Of a DNA stretch of 64,000 nt, positions 24,803-38,570 are shown in pieces. Under the pieces are notes generated by a model that did not search any database, was not told the DNA's origin, and worked only from the letters and a program-made list of their open reading frames with translations. The translations under genes and the position numbers were made by a program. Within the stretch, counting starts at the first letter, position 1, and each line of letters starts with the position of its first letter. This DNA is from Haliotis rufescens (lineage: Eukaryota). Location: contig NW_025963791.1 in the NCBI RefSeq assembly GCF_023055435.1, positions 31,434,001-31,498,000 of the forward strand. The letters run 5' to 3'.

Positions 24803-27175
24803 CTATTAAATGCATTCATAGTTTAATTAATTATACATTTCATTTTCCTCAAAACAATAATGTTATGACTGAGCTTGATTCGTATCGTTTTACAGTTATT
24901 TGAATATGAATATATGTACACCCGGCTGCAAACATACTTTTACCCTTTACCTTTTTATCGCTTTTATGTACCGATGGATTGGTTGATAACGAATTTATCT
25001 TGTCGACATTCATGCGTACAGGTTAGCCGTATTGACAGCTGACAGACGTTACAATTAAACCGAGTTACTTCCCTTTACCCACTGTATCCGAACAAACATA
25101 GGCTCATTTCAGAAACAACTACATGATAATTGTCATGAAACCCACGCAAATCTACGTGCATTTGCACACATCTGTATATTTTCACATACGTGTAAATGGA
25201 TAAATGCAAATTCCAGTTTGCATAAATGTGTACCAACATTTATACAACTTACTTGCCAGTTCTAACTTTACAAAAGTACGGTATATTCACCTACATGTGA
25301 AGACACAATCGAATGGCATGTATACCTTGTTACTCCACACATGTGAATGCATGCATACAAGAGGGGTATCAGTTCAACACTGCCGACAAACTGAGTCGGA
25401 ATCAGGCTGAAACCTGCTGTCGTATATATCCTGATAGTGGACGTCGCGGCTTCATGTCACCTTTAACATATAGTTATTTTGTAGATGTGCATATAAATTG
25501 TAATTACCCCCAGGCGTGCCAAATACCTGAATTAAATGCCTTGTTTTTATGCCCCGAGGGATTGGTTGACAACGAGATGACAATACAACATGGTACATGG
25601 TACACGACATGTAATTAGTATCAGTCAATTGTTTGAATTTCTCTAATCAACGTATGCATTCATCGGAAAGAACACCAATGGCTAACTTGCACATATGGTA
25701 AGATCTCTGATGGCAAATATAATGAAGTATCCATGCGAGTTCGGCCCAAACTCTACATTGCCTCCCGGTGCACTCACTTTAGGTGCACAGCCCCGCCTCG
25801 GAGCATAGACCTGTCGTCTATCACTCACGAGTAACCTCCCCCCGCTTATATTGAGAACACTGGTAGTGCACACTATCGACGGTGTCACATATAGAACGAC
25901 TCATAGTAAACAAAGAACAATTGAGTGGATACGTTCACTGAAAGTAGAATTTAGGACTGCCTATTATTTTACCTTTTACCCCAGTGAATGATGATACATA
26001 TTTGCTATTGTCTCTATTCACTTAGCCTCATTGCGATGTGATATAACACCACCGTGAGGCTATGTTTTAAAGTGATAGCGAAAGTAGGCGACTTCCTTGT
26101 TACAGCATACCATAACACTGATATCAAGGTCTGCTGATACACATATATGTCTAGAAGATGATAAATGATATTTGACAAAACCCAATTAACGCCCAGTATC
26201 AGTTACCAGTTTGACAATATCTGTGTTGACAACGACAAGATGTATCTGAAAGTCTACCTGTCAGCAGGCTGTGTGTCTGGGTGTGGACTGCCGCACTCGG
26301 CTGAACTCGCCCTTTTCCGTAACTGTTTTGTCGGCTTGTCCCAAATCGTCTCCATTCGGCTGTGTCCGTGAAAATATGCATCCGGCGTCAGAATGTTTAT
26401 ATAACATAACGTAATGATTACATCCTGTACCGCAAAATACGTAGGGATATAATAACTTATAGACGATTTTCTTTAGAAACGACAGAAGTTAATAATACCA
26501 ATGCATGTATTATTACCTTGGTCAGAACTACACGCAAACATGTGCACGTGCACCAGGTGACGGTCCTTCTTTTCATTGATTCCCGTGAGTAGTGTCTCAC
26601 ACAACACTCATCTCTGTACCATCTCATCATCTTTTGGTGACTGATTAACAGAGCGACGTCAGCAACACCGGGGACGTCTTTGGGTAAAAGGAATACACAC
26701 AGAGTTCCCTCCATTGCTGCATATATTTTTGACAGAGTTATAGCCCTTACTGCATGCTTTTCAACATTAACTCATATTCACTACATAAACCAAAAAATGT
26801 AATATACCCCTGGCCCGGGAGAGTAATAACGCTGTTTTCTTGATGATATGTATCCTGTGAGATGTAGGATGATGTGTGATAAACATCATGTATATTATCG
26901 CACGAGGTATATGAAAATCTGACTAGTCTGAAGGATGGAAAGCGAGGTTATCAACTGGGTGAACCTCTTTGATAAAATTACAGATACTTTAAATCATGAA
27001 TGTTAATTAACAAAATTGATTGCTTATGCAATGAGTAGATTAAAGGGATTCTTCATTTTGGAGAAAACGTGGCTACATATGTTACATGTTGGTTCATGGC
27101 ATGAACCCTCTGCTTGTGACATTATCATAATCATCTGGAATCTATAGCAGGTAAAGATTTTGGGTTTTATTGATG

Positions 27176-28133
27176 AACGAGGGGTGACTGAAGAGTTCTG
27201 AGCTTAACTGCAACACAGAACCCATGCGTGCCTTCCTTTCAGGCTGCGTTTGAACCAAATACTCAACCAGGAAGCATATTTTGGTAGACATCAAGGTGAC
27301 CAGGTATTCTCTGTTGATGAAATGGAGATAATAGGAACAGCAACTCATCCATGCAAGGGGACAAAGTGGCAACTTAGGGGATGATTTTGTCTCCCTTTGC
27401 CCCTGTTGGGAGGTGGATACCGAATTTCAAGAGGGAAAGAAAGAGCCCCGAAGATGATCCAAGATCAGGATCGAAGACTCTCAACTTCACCACAACGGAA
27501 AATGTTTGATGAAATACATGATATGATTATGGATAATCAACTCACTTCACGTCACACAGCCAATACAGTCTGAGAACATTCTGAGGAATGAACAGGCATG
27601 ACAAAGGTTTCAGCACGCTGTGTTTCAAGGCGACTGATTAGAAACGCTCCAGTTTCGTCATCTCTTGTGGGAATTTACGTCATTTTGAAGGAGATCCACT
27701 TGATTTTGTTGAGCGATTTGTAACCATGGGTAAGTCTTGAGTTCACTACTATCAGCCAGAGACTAGACAACAGTCAACGCCGTGGAAACATCTGATGTCC
27801 CTTCCTTCGAACATTCTCCTTTGCTACCATATTTGGCACGGTCAGACTTCTACCTGTACCCAAACTCTGAGACCATATGGGGTATATGCATATGGTCTCT
27901 GCCAAACTTGAAGAAAGAACTATCTGGCAAGCATGATGCAAAATGATGATGACGTCAAGTCTGCTGTCGAGGTTATTTTACACCATTAGGAGGAGGCCAT
28001 CCATACCAGTGAGAACCAGATACTCCATCATCGTTGACAGAAGCGTGTGGACCTAGGAGGGGAGCATGTTGAAAAATAATTAGCAACCGATTTTATCAAA
28101 TTTAGGCTCAGAAATGTTTAGCCATCCCTCGTA
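27176..28133 (+). mobile_element. Paralogous degraded mariner with an internal deletion
   Basis: Same TIRs and transposase remnants as 8007-9884, plus the APSDFYLYPKL-like motif region. Confidence 0.75.
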
Positions 28134-30636
28134 AATTTCTGATACCCATCAGCTGCTGTAGATATGACAGAACAACAGTTTGACGTTGACACCAACACGG
28201 AGTAAGATTATTTGGTAGTTCACGCTCATAAGCTTTCCCTAAAACACCAAGAACTGTTACTTTAATTATTCCCCCAAAGCTCTCGAGGGGGCACCTTGTG
28301 TTGTTTTCGATATTTCTTTTCCACATTGTATGCATGAGGCGGACAACGGGAGTTATTCCCACTACTTAAAATGTGTTTCTGAGTTTTGACTGTACAGATC
28401 GAAGATTAATTGAAGATTTGGGATCCTGTCCAATTAGGGATAACCTCTTGAAGATAAATATATCGGAAATGGCCATATATATATGCATCTCGTCGAAAGT
28501 ACCGCACCACCAAACTTGAAGTGTAATTGCGAGTTAATTTCCAATGAAGAGATTTTCAAATGGTAGACGGTGTGCTGACACAACATCTGCATGTAGAATG
28601 GTAGCTGGCTTACTTGCGCAACCTTGTGGGCGCGTTCATGCGAGCCGTATGCACACCCGGGGGCTCTCTATATAGAAATTGATGCTTGATGACAGAAAGG
28701 TCATGTGTCTTAACTGCTATTAATTTGTATGAATGTTTAATCAATTTGAAAGTCTCTTTTTGAAACAATTGTAACTGAAATGCTTAAGCGTACTATCCCA
28801 GAAAATAAAAGATGGCAAATCATTAGCATGCACCATATACGAGCATATCATGTCGGGCTATTGATTGGACATGTGAAGGACTTGCTGAGGTCAGGACGTT
28901 CACGGAAGAGCAGTGGCAGAGAGAAGAGGGTCTTTTAACGCAAGGCAAAACGGGTTCCAACTTCAACTTGCGCTGTTCTTAGTCATCACACCAACAACAG
29001 TGTCCTTTGGCACCTTCAGGCGTCAACTGAATGCAGCAGGATTAAGGGACAAAAGACCATTAACAGGTCCACTCCTCTCACTACAACGCATTCGGGACCG
29101 TTTAGCAGGGTGTCAGACTAGAGTATACTGGAACGTCATGGAGGAGGATTCGTTGGTCTGAGTGAGTGAGTATGGTTTTACGCCACTTTTAGCAATATTC
29201 CAGCAATATCGCAGCAGGGGACACCAGAAATGGGCTTCACACATTGTACCCATGTCGGGAATCGAACCTTGGTCTTCGGCGTGACGAGCGAACGCTTTAA
29301 CCACTGGGCTACCCGACGCCCCTCTTTGGTCTGACAAGAGTCGGGTCTTATTGCACCACACTGATGGTAGGACTCGTGTCCGAAGGCAAATGGGAACATC
29401 AGCCCAACATCCAGGAAACAGTGGCATGCGGGGGCGGATCAGTGATTGTATGGGGTTGTTGGACCTTTGGTAGCAAACTTGATTTGGTCACAGTTCAGCT
29501 CAGGGGACATTAAATGGACAATTGCCAGACCCCACCAGCACGAGCTGTGACTGAAAACCAATCACTGTAGAGTTGTAACACAAACTGAGATTAATACTTT
29601 GACTACATGAGTTTCACCCGTGTATATCCAGGTTAGAATATATATAGGTATTCTGAAACCCATGCTTGCCATAAAAGGCAACTATCCTTGTAAGTGGCGA
29701 CTAACGGGTGGTCAGGCTCGCTGACTTGGTTTGATGCATGTCATCGTATCCCAACTGCGTAGATAGGTGCTCATGATAACAATCACTGGGTTGTCTGGTC
29801 CAGACTCCATTATTTACAGACTGCCGTCAAATAGCTGGAGTATTGCTGAGCGCGGCGTAAAACAACAAACAAACGGAGTATACTGCGGTTTCTGTATAGG
29901 TGTTGAGAGCCGGCAAGATGAAGAAACAGTAAGCAGCGCATTCAGTCTTCTTAATAATACAGCAAGGATCTATTTCTTGACATGGGGAATTTGGTCAATT
30001 GCATAATTAATAATTGGCATAAGGATTGAAGAGCTTAATGCTTACCAAGTATTAACATTCCAGATCAGTATATTTCTGCATTGTCTGGGCAAAGTTAAAA
30101 TGATGTTTGTCATCACTGATTACTTACCAAATCAACAAAAAGGTTTTCATAGATTTCATGTCACCATCATGGTGTGTGTTTCAGTTCAAACGGCGGATTT
30201 TATCATGGAACAAAATAGATGGGATCTTATCTTGAGAATGTTGAATCCACGCACATCGTGCGTATTTCATGATCGATTGATTATGATCGAATTAAAAACT
30301 GTCCCACTTAATTACCACTACTGCTGTTTGTCTACACTCGGACCAGGGAGCATGTAAGGTCCATTTCATGGCTATGTTATTGCCGAAATCGTCGTAAAAA
30401 TATAACCGCCCACTCTTTCTTCATAGCATATCGTTGTTTTTATTATTAAGTAATCTTAATCCTTTTGTGACCAAATGAGTGAATAAGTGGCACCCCAGGT
30501 TTTGGTGAAGACTGTATTTGATACTGATTGTTCTATACATTGACTGGAGCTATTCTCTCCACACCATTTTCATATATATATTTCCAGAGTAACCCCATGC
30601 ACATCACTGGAATAAACCTTCAGTTTTTGTTTTCTA

Positions 30637-32930
30637 TCAGACTAACATATACTCTTTCACTTCTGTGTTTGTACACAGAAGGAGGAATCCGTATTTATCA
30701 CAGGATATATCACATATGTCTTTTGAAATTAGGACATCCCTGACATACACCCCCGACCCTGTCAGTTGCATCACCTTGTTGGTGTTCCCGTCTACAACCA
30801 GGATGCATCCTGTGCCTGTAGATGAGATACCATAAGGGAAGCTGAGTGCTCTGTCTCCAGTAGGGGCGTATCTCCACACAACATCCCCCTCTGACGTCAC
30901 ACATGTCACAGACTTCTTCCTCCAGTCAGACACGAGTATGTTGCCCTTGTTGTTGACACACATGTAGTCGGGGCTTCTAAACAGTGTCTCATTGTTGTGT
31001 GAAGTGACTGACCTCAGCACGTGTCCCGCCATGTCCAGGATGTCAACAATGCCATAACCATCACAATCTCGACCACCTGCTGCTAGAGATGATGGACTCA
31101 GTACAGCAAGACTGTAGTACCCCTTGCTTGTTGTGATGGTTGAGAGCAGCACCAGGTCAGGGGTCACTTCTACTGTTACAATCTGACTGGGGTCAGGGAC
31201 AGCAACCATCACCTGGTTCTCCTTCAACTGTGTTACACCACTGGAAGAGTTAACCAGGGGAAGTCTACTTTGACATGGTTGATTGTTTCTTGTGTACAAA
31301 GATTTCACACACTTGTTCGCCCAGTCAGTGACTACAACTGTCTGTATACCATCAACAACCAGGACTGTGACGCCACTTAGATCAGGCTTCAACTTATCAC
31401 CCGCCATCTTCCCATCTATCACGTCAACTCGCACTGGAGGCGGCAGACATGTGCCCTCATCCTGGTATGTGACGTCAATCTTCCCCAGCTGTAGGTCATG
31501 TAGGATGTGCTGGACGTTGTCAGTGTCAGGTGTAAACCTGATGTCATCTATTCTCGGTGTGTCTGTTGTGTCTGTGTCCCTGACGTCCCCCAACTCTACA
31601 GCCCCCGACTCCCAAGCCTGATACGCGTCATATAGGTCCATCTCACAGTTCGATACCAAGGCCTGGTCAATGAACTCACAATGTTGTCTGTACATCTGCA
31701 TCTCAATCTCGTCAAGCTTCACACCAGAGCAGAGTTGGCCGGCGTACGTCTGTGTTATGTGATTCAGTTCATCCAAGAGTTGTGTTTCTTTCTCTTTAAT
31801 CTTGTTTATAGCTGTTTGACAGATTGATTTAATATTTTGCACAGTTAACTCCGTGCTTCTTGAACTATTTTGTAGTTTCTGGTTTTTCATCTCTACCTTC
31901 TTCGACCCCACCTTCAGTCTCTTCCCCATGACAAATCTCTTCTCCAGCAGTACTGTCTTCATCTCTGGCTTCATAGACTCAATGGTGACGACAGTTTTAC
32001 AAGCTCTGTGTTTGATGATACAGCATGTCTGACAAGCAGGCTTCTGACAGTCTTTACAGTGGAACTCGACATTGTTACTCTTGTGCTCTGCACACTTGAC
32101 CCTCCGTCTGCCCTTTGACCTAGATGACAGGTCACACAGGTCATGGTTCTGTAAAATAGGGCTCACCTGGTGTGTCTTCACACATCTGTCACAGAGGGCC
32201 ACTTCACACTCAGGACACCACAAGACACCTTGAGTTGTCTCCCCTAGTTGCTGACAGATCCTGCAGCAGGTGCTTGACGTCTCTGTAAACAGAAGTACGA
32301 ACGTATTGTTTCTAAAAAAACAATATGGGAACGCTAAGCATGTCAACAGTCTTTATTTTAAGTTCAATAACCGATCCAACTTGATGAATTATTTCAAGTT
32401 TCAATTTCTCATGAATAAATACCATATCATAAACACAGGTGATTAAATCAACTTAAATATTACAACTGGTTGTACCTTTCTCTTGTTCACCTTGCTCACC
32501 TTCCACCAAATCAAACTGGATTGACATTTTTTCTGATTAATACGTTTTAAGATCTTTTTGTCATAAATTCATCTTTTCTTGAACTTGATAAACTGATCGA
32601 TATGAATGTTACTTCTGGTTGAACTTAACCTGGCGCATCTTCCTCGGTCCCGAGGGTGTCAATCAGCCCCTGTATAATGATGCTGGGTTTGATCTGCCCC
32701 GCCCACTCCTCCACTGGCCGGCTGGGGTGGGGGACCTTGGTATCTTGTCGACAGAAAGAACAGGGGATCGTCTTGGACTGTACAGCATCTGGTCTGGTTT
32801 GGATGAACTTGGTGACACATTTCCTGCAGAATGTGTGATCACACCTCAGTGTACAGGGGTCTGTGTACAGTTCCTTGCAGATCACACAGGTGAGGAATTC
32901 TCTCACTTTCTCAATCTGGGATGTCGCCAT
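30637..32930 (-). CDS. TRIM-like gene A2, 648 aa (RING-Bbox1-Bbox2-CC-NHL-like propeller; TRIM56-like architecture); exons 32630-32930 and 30637-32282
   Basis: RING CVIC..CDHTFCRKC..CSFC; Bbox1 CRIC..CPEC..CDRC..H..H; Bbox2 CAEH..CKDC..CQTC..H..C; helical coiled-coil segment; propeller blades; canonical GT-AG intron; 1947-nt open spliced ORF. Confidence 0.88.
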
Positions 32931-35900
32931 CTGTAAAACAAGAAATGAGACGTCACATCAATCATTTTTAATTTAAAAAAAAAAAAATTCCGGTGAAGTT
33001 CGTCGGTTTCTGTGATGGGGCAATGTGTATTTCGTTTTGAACATCATGAAAAAGTCTTGTTGAAAGTCACTTCAGACTTTCCTTCTATATCACGCTGACA
33101 TTCCATGGTATAACTGAAATACTGTTCTAAGTTGCATAAATACAAATTCATTCACGTGTTGAAACGTCTGTCATTGGCTGTCAAATGTGCAGTTTGTCTC
33201 AATGTTGTTTCTACGCCATCAATACCACAAGTCAACTACATAATACTGATCTGTATTTCGTCCAGGCAAACCAATTGCTAACATCACAATAGAGTCTGCC
33301 ACGTGTTTCCTATTACAGTTTTAAAAACTACCAACAGTTAGTACATATGAATCAATCATATAAACACCAAGCTTTCCTTTACAGTATATAGACACACCGC
33401 CCCACCCTTTTCACAATACAAGGGAGGTAACTGAACGTTAGTATTCGAGACTAAGTCTGATATCTATCTTTATTGTGTCAGTTTTACACATCAACAAATA
33501 ACGTTGTTCACCAGTATGTCAGATATACATTAAACATATAACAATAAAAGAAAGTTACATCAATTTATTTTACATTTCATTGTAACTTGGAGTCCAACAA
33601 TTCCTACTTTCGGTTTCTCTTCGTTTGAAGTTTCGTGTGTTGACAAAACTGAAATTAAACTCATTAACGAAACACATACCTGATGGACGTAGACACTATC
33701 GGTGTTCTGAATATATATTAGTTCTTCATGTGCACTGTGTGAGATTTAATTGTACGTCCTGGATGCCTTGAAATAACCAAATCCCGCCGGGGTGCACACC
33801 TGTGCCTACCTGTCCCTTCCCTTCCGCAAGACATACAAGGGAGGCAACTGCGAAATCTCGACAAGTGGTCATTCAAAAGCAATCAAAGCTGAAGACAACG
33901 TAGGTTCCTGGATCGAATCAGGGATGATTCCCATAACAACGTGAGAGATCGGCATATTTCTATATACACACACTGAATACGCTATAAACAGTGTTTTTGT
34001 TATATGGTAAGATGTTATGCACCTTTGTGTTTGTACAAATATGTGTGAACATGTATACATGTAATGTCCTTTTTGTCAGTACAAGAAGTGATCTTGTACC
34101 GATTTCACAATTTAGTTCTGTGTTTACCTATTACTGCCTTATCCTCTGCGGTTTATTTGGAAATGAACTCGTGACAATATACCAGAGTGCAGCCTATCTT
34201 AGAATTCCCTATTATACTGACTTTGTACAGCAACATTGTTTGGAACGTCTATGGCACTGCTATTGAGTGATGATAACGTTAATGACATTGTCAAGCTGCT
34301 AATAAAGACCAACACTGAAAATTCAGATATAAATACAGGTCAATGCAAAGTACATGTTTTGTCCTTGCTTGTACACAGTCAGATGTATTCACAAAAAAGA
34401 CGTTCAGTATAATAAAGAGAAGGGACTGGGATTGTGTGAGGCCAAAGTCATTAAAGCGGCAGTACAAGTTACCCTTCACAAGTACAACGGGGTGTGTGTG
34501 GAAACAGTATCGTGGAGACGGAAAGGATTTTATCTCTTTTCATACTGACATTTTTAGTTCGTATGAATGAATCCTGATTCGTTGACACGAACATGCGCAG
34601 AGGGCACAGCGAATACCATGCTCTAAAATGAGACTCTAAAATGATTCTGTAAAAGCTTTTATGAGTAAGATTCACCTGTGCTGTTCGGTTATTGTGTTGC
34701 GTGGCATCATTCTTACAGTATTGGTGCATTATCCGTGCATTCCCCATGCATTATCCGTACGTTATCCCTATATTATCCGTACAATAACCACGACTTCACT
34801 CCCAAATACTCTTAAAACGAAGTCACTTTTATCGGAGCTTGTACCAAACCTGCAGGTCCAGGTTGCCTTTTCGTGAACACCTGGTGTCAACACTGATTTT
34901 CAGTGATTCATTCATGTAATTGTCACCCTTATTTTGTCTTTTACCCCCAATGAAGGTATATTCGGCATATAGTCGAGACTGATTGTTTCCTGGCGTTGGA
35001 GTTATATATAAAAAATAATTGTACAACCGTGTTTAAAGTAATTACTATATGATAACAAATAGCTAGACAGATAACATAGTATAAAAGTGAATATTAGTCT
35101 TAAAATGATCATTACGTTTGAACATGCAATGGAAGTATGTGCACAAAGCAGTGTCACTTTGAATATTCACAGAATACAGAAGCAGTGTGTGGGATATTAA
35201 ATAACTTGAAACCCTTAACGAAATCAAAGTTTCAGAGCAAGCTTGTCAACCTGATGCACAATGTTACCAATACTATGGGTCACTATGTTGCCTCTTACGC
35301 CCTGTGAAATCTGTTTCGGCAGATAATCAAGACTATTCAAGAATTTTCTCTTGTGTTGACATTTTGAATTTATTGGCTATAATATCACAACAGACCAACA
35401 AATGGCTTGACATCTGAACATTTTAAAATCGAAACATTGATTTAAACGGATTTAGAGCTTAAACCGGTCATGCATGTTCAACGATGTAAATAATTTATAG
35501 AACCTTCACTGGTTATCGAAAGCGTTGGAAATACGCCCAGCACACTATAAGCGGAGAGCGGAAGGTCCGGGGTTCGAACACCGGCCGCGTCATACCAAAA
35601 GACATTAAAAGATGTTACTTGTTGTTACCCTGTCTGGCGCTCGGCATTAAGGGGCTAAAACAAGGACTGGTCGGCTCGGAGTCAGTATACTGTGTCTGAG
35701 TGGGGTATTCATGTTAAACTGCGGCATGGTATCTCAGTGAGCTAGCACTGTAGATCGGCATCGGTCCGGACTAGTACAAGTAGCCAGCCGCACACGCACA
35801 CGCACACGCGCACGCGCACGCGCACGCATGCACGGCGCTTTATAAGCGCAATAATCTTGAATGTGACGTTAAGCCCAATTTCACCTCACCTCACCTCATT

Positions 35901-36932
35901 TGAGTCATGATTCTGCGCAGTCGATCTTCAATTCTGAATTCAATCAGTAAAGGAAACATTTCGTCCTTTCGGTATAGACCTATTAAGTGTTTTTGTGTAG
36001 GAAGGACAAACTGTTTAAGTATGTATTATCATATGTTAATTGTGCACTGATAAGAATAAGAAACTTTCAGTTAACAAATGCAAACCAAACTTGATAAGAA
36101 TTTCAAATAGACCAAGCCAAGACTTTTTATACAGAACGCCTACACATGTCTCCTCACTGCCTTAGATGCACGCCCTTATGTCCTTCATTGTATACACGCC
36201 TTGAACTTCCTCCGTGGTCTAGTGAATAGAGCATCTGCTTGGAGAGCGAAAGGTCGGTAGTTCGATCCCCTTCCGCGTCATACAAAAAAGAGTGGCTGCC
36301 TCGGGGTTAATTTAATATGTCTTAGTGGGGTGGTTAAACTGCGTGACATTAAGAGGTTAAATCAAGGACTGGCTGGCTCGGAGTGAATATAATATGGTGG
36401 TGTACATGTTAAACTGAGGCAAGGTAGCCTCAGTGTAGCCCGCTAGCACTATAAAACCGACATAAATCTGGACTAGTTAATGCACACAGGACAATGGTCG
36501 TGGCTGTATAGGTGAACACACCTTGAACTAGACATTAACCCGATTTCACCTCACCGCCCCATACACACAATGGAACAAGATCGCTTATTATCAGTTATCT
36601 CAATAATAATTTCAATGAAAATGTTGATCCTTGGATTGCTAGATTATGTTGATAAAATCTTGCCGAATACCCTCTTCACTCATACTTGACACCATATGAC
36701 TTTCAGTGGAGAAGGACAATATTTTTTAAGCAGTACTGAGTGCTTTCACTAAACCAATGTCATGCTTGTGTGTATCACCATTCACGTCACTGTTGTGCGA
36801 TTACCGTTATGTGTGGCAAAGGTGTATGGAAGGAAGAAGAAGTACCAGAGACAGTTATACAATAACAAGCAGTGACAGCTATTTCAAGATGTTTTCTGAC
36901 GGCATTGAAGAATGATGTATGATTAAATTAAG

Positions 36933-37289
36933 GTGAGGTGAAATTGGGTTTAACGTCGCGTCCAAGATTATTGCACTTATATAGCGACGTGCATGCACGT
37001 GTATGTGTGTGTGTGTGTGTGGCTGCTTGTACTTGTCCGGACTGATGCCGATTTATAGTGCTAGCTCACTGAGATACCATGCCGCAGTTTAACATGAATA
37101 CCCCACTCAGACACAGTATACTGACTCCGAGCCGACCAGTCCTTGTTTTAGCCCCTTAATGCCGAGCGCCAGACAGGGTAACAACAAGTACAATCTTTTA
37201 ACGTCTTTTTGTATGACGCGGCCCGGGATCGAACCCTGGACCTTCCGCTCTCCGGGCGGACGCTCTACCACAAGACCACGGAGGCGGTC
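36933..37289 (-). mobile_element. Full-length SINE family 3 copy specific to unit 2
   Basis: 12-bp TSD GATTAAATTAAG (36921-36932, 37290-37301); empty sites at ~21746 and ~63282. Confidence 0.85.
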
Positions 37290-38570
37290 GATTAAATTAA
37301 GAGAACAGAAACGCCCAACGGCAATTACACAATAACCATATTGGAATGACAAAGGCTAAAAGGTTTACAAAATCTACCATTCTGTTACATGGTGTGTATG
37401 ACGGCGCCTGTAACCATTCATTCGGTTGTTCCGGAAATAAACTAACTATTAGTCCCATAGATAGGCATGAACGTCGTGCCAATGTCTCCATCAGAAGACA
37501 ACACGCCTCATTTGATAAATGAGACACACATACACAATTAAGCCAGGTAAATGTTGCATAATTATACGAGGACAACAGGTAAACCTTGACGATTACTAAA
37601 TATTTAATGAAAAGAGCTAAAATGTTTTTTTTTAGAAAATGAAACCTCTGAATGAACACTCAAAGAATATCAAATGGTTGGTACGAATATTTGTGTCCAC
37701 TTTATTTATAAAATATATCATATGTTACATTTTCACATATATATGACGAAGTTAGGCACATACTACATATATGACAAAGCCAGGTAAATTCTACACAGAA
37801 AGTGAATATAGGTAGTACACAGAAGATGGATACAGGTAAATACTACAAAGATGATGGATACAGGTAACTACTACATTGATGATAAACACAGGTAAATAAC
37901 ATACAGATAATGAAGCCAGGCAAACAGGTTGCGACTTTCGTGCATGGACATAGTATAAAACCAATAATTATCAATGACGTGGTTATTACGTATAACGACC
38001 TCGCAGCCCATTATGACGAATAAAACGACATGGTTATTCAGAAACAAAGAAAAAGAAGATGCATTTTGAAGACAAATTCTTGAACCATTTGAATAATGTT
38101 AAACTAGTAATTATTTATCAGATTGTATCACCAAAATTTGTTCTCTGTCTGCCCTGAAAAAAAAGCATTGTGAAAAAATAAATTGTTCGGATTCTCCTTT
38201 CCCAGCAAAATTGCGGGCCCTGAAGAAATAACATCATGTCTCTCACAACAGTCCTCCAACACTGCAATACCATTATGGGTTGGGTCGAAATTGTAGTGTC
38301 GTCTTTATTTATGCTTCATATACTACTTTTTTCAGAGAGTAATTGTATATATATATTTAGTAAGCTAAACGTTGTGACACAGAATATGTACCCTGTGAGT
38401 TTCAATAGTTTTCGTTTTATACTCTGACACTAAACACTATTGTTATCATCCACAATCCTGTTGAGGGCTTGGTTTGTTGAGCGGATACTTATCATACTAC
38501 TTGGCACTGGATCTCGACTAAACCTTGATTTTTTGTCAGTTGTCTTGATCTCTCTTGTAGCACGACCAAG

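Larger units (their letters stand above)
12776..26470. repeat. Segmental duplication unit 1 (A1+B1); homology also extends over ~7230-10160 versus ~26975-28410
   Basis: Collinear high nucleotide similarity to 28605-42010, including introns, intergenic DNA and shared SINE/Tc1 insertions. Confidence 0.9.

Noticed and set aside
30637-32930. Specific orthology (TRIM56, TRIM2/3, TRIM71, TRIM45)
   Set aside because: The architecture is similar but orthology needs a phylogeny; no filamin domain is evident, so no gene symbol was assigned
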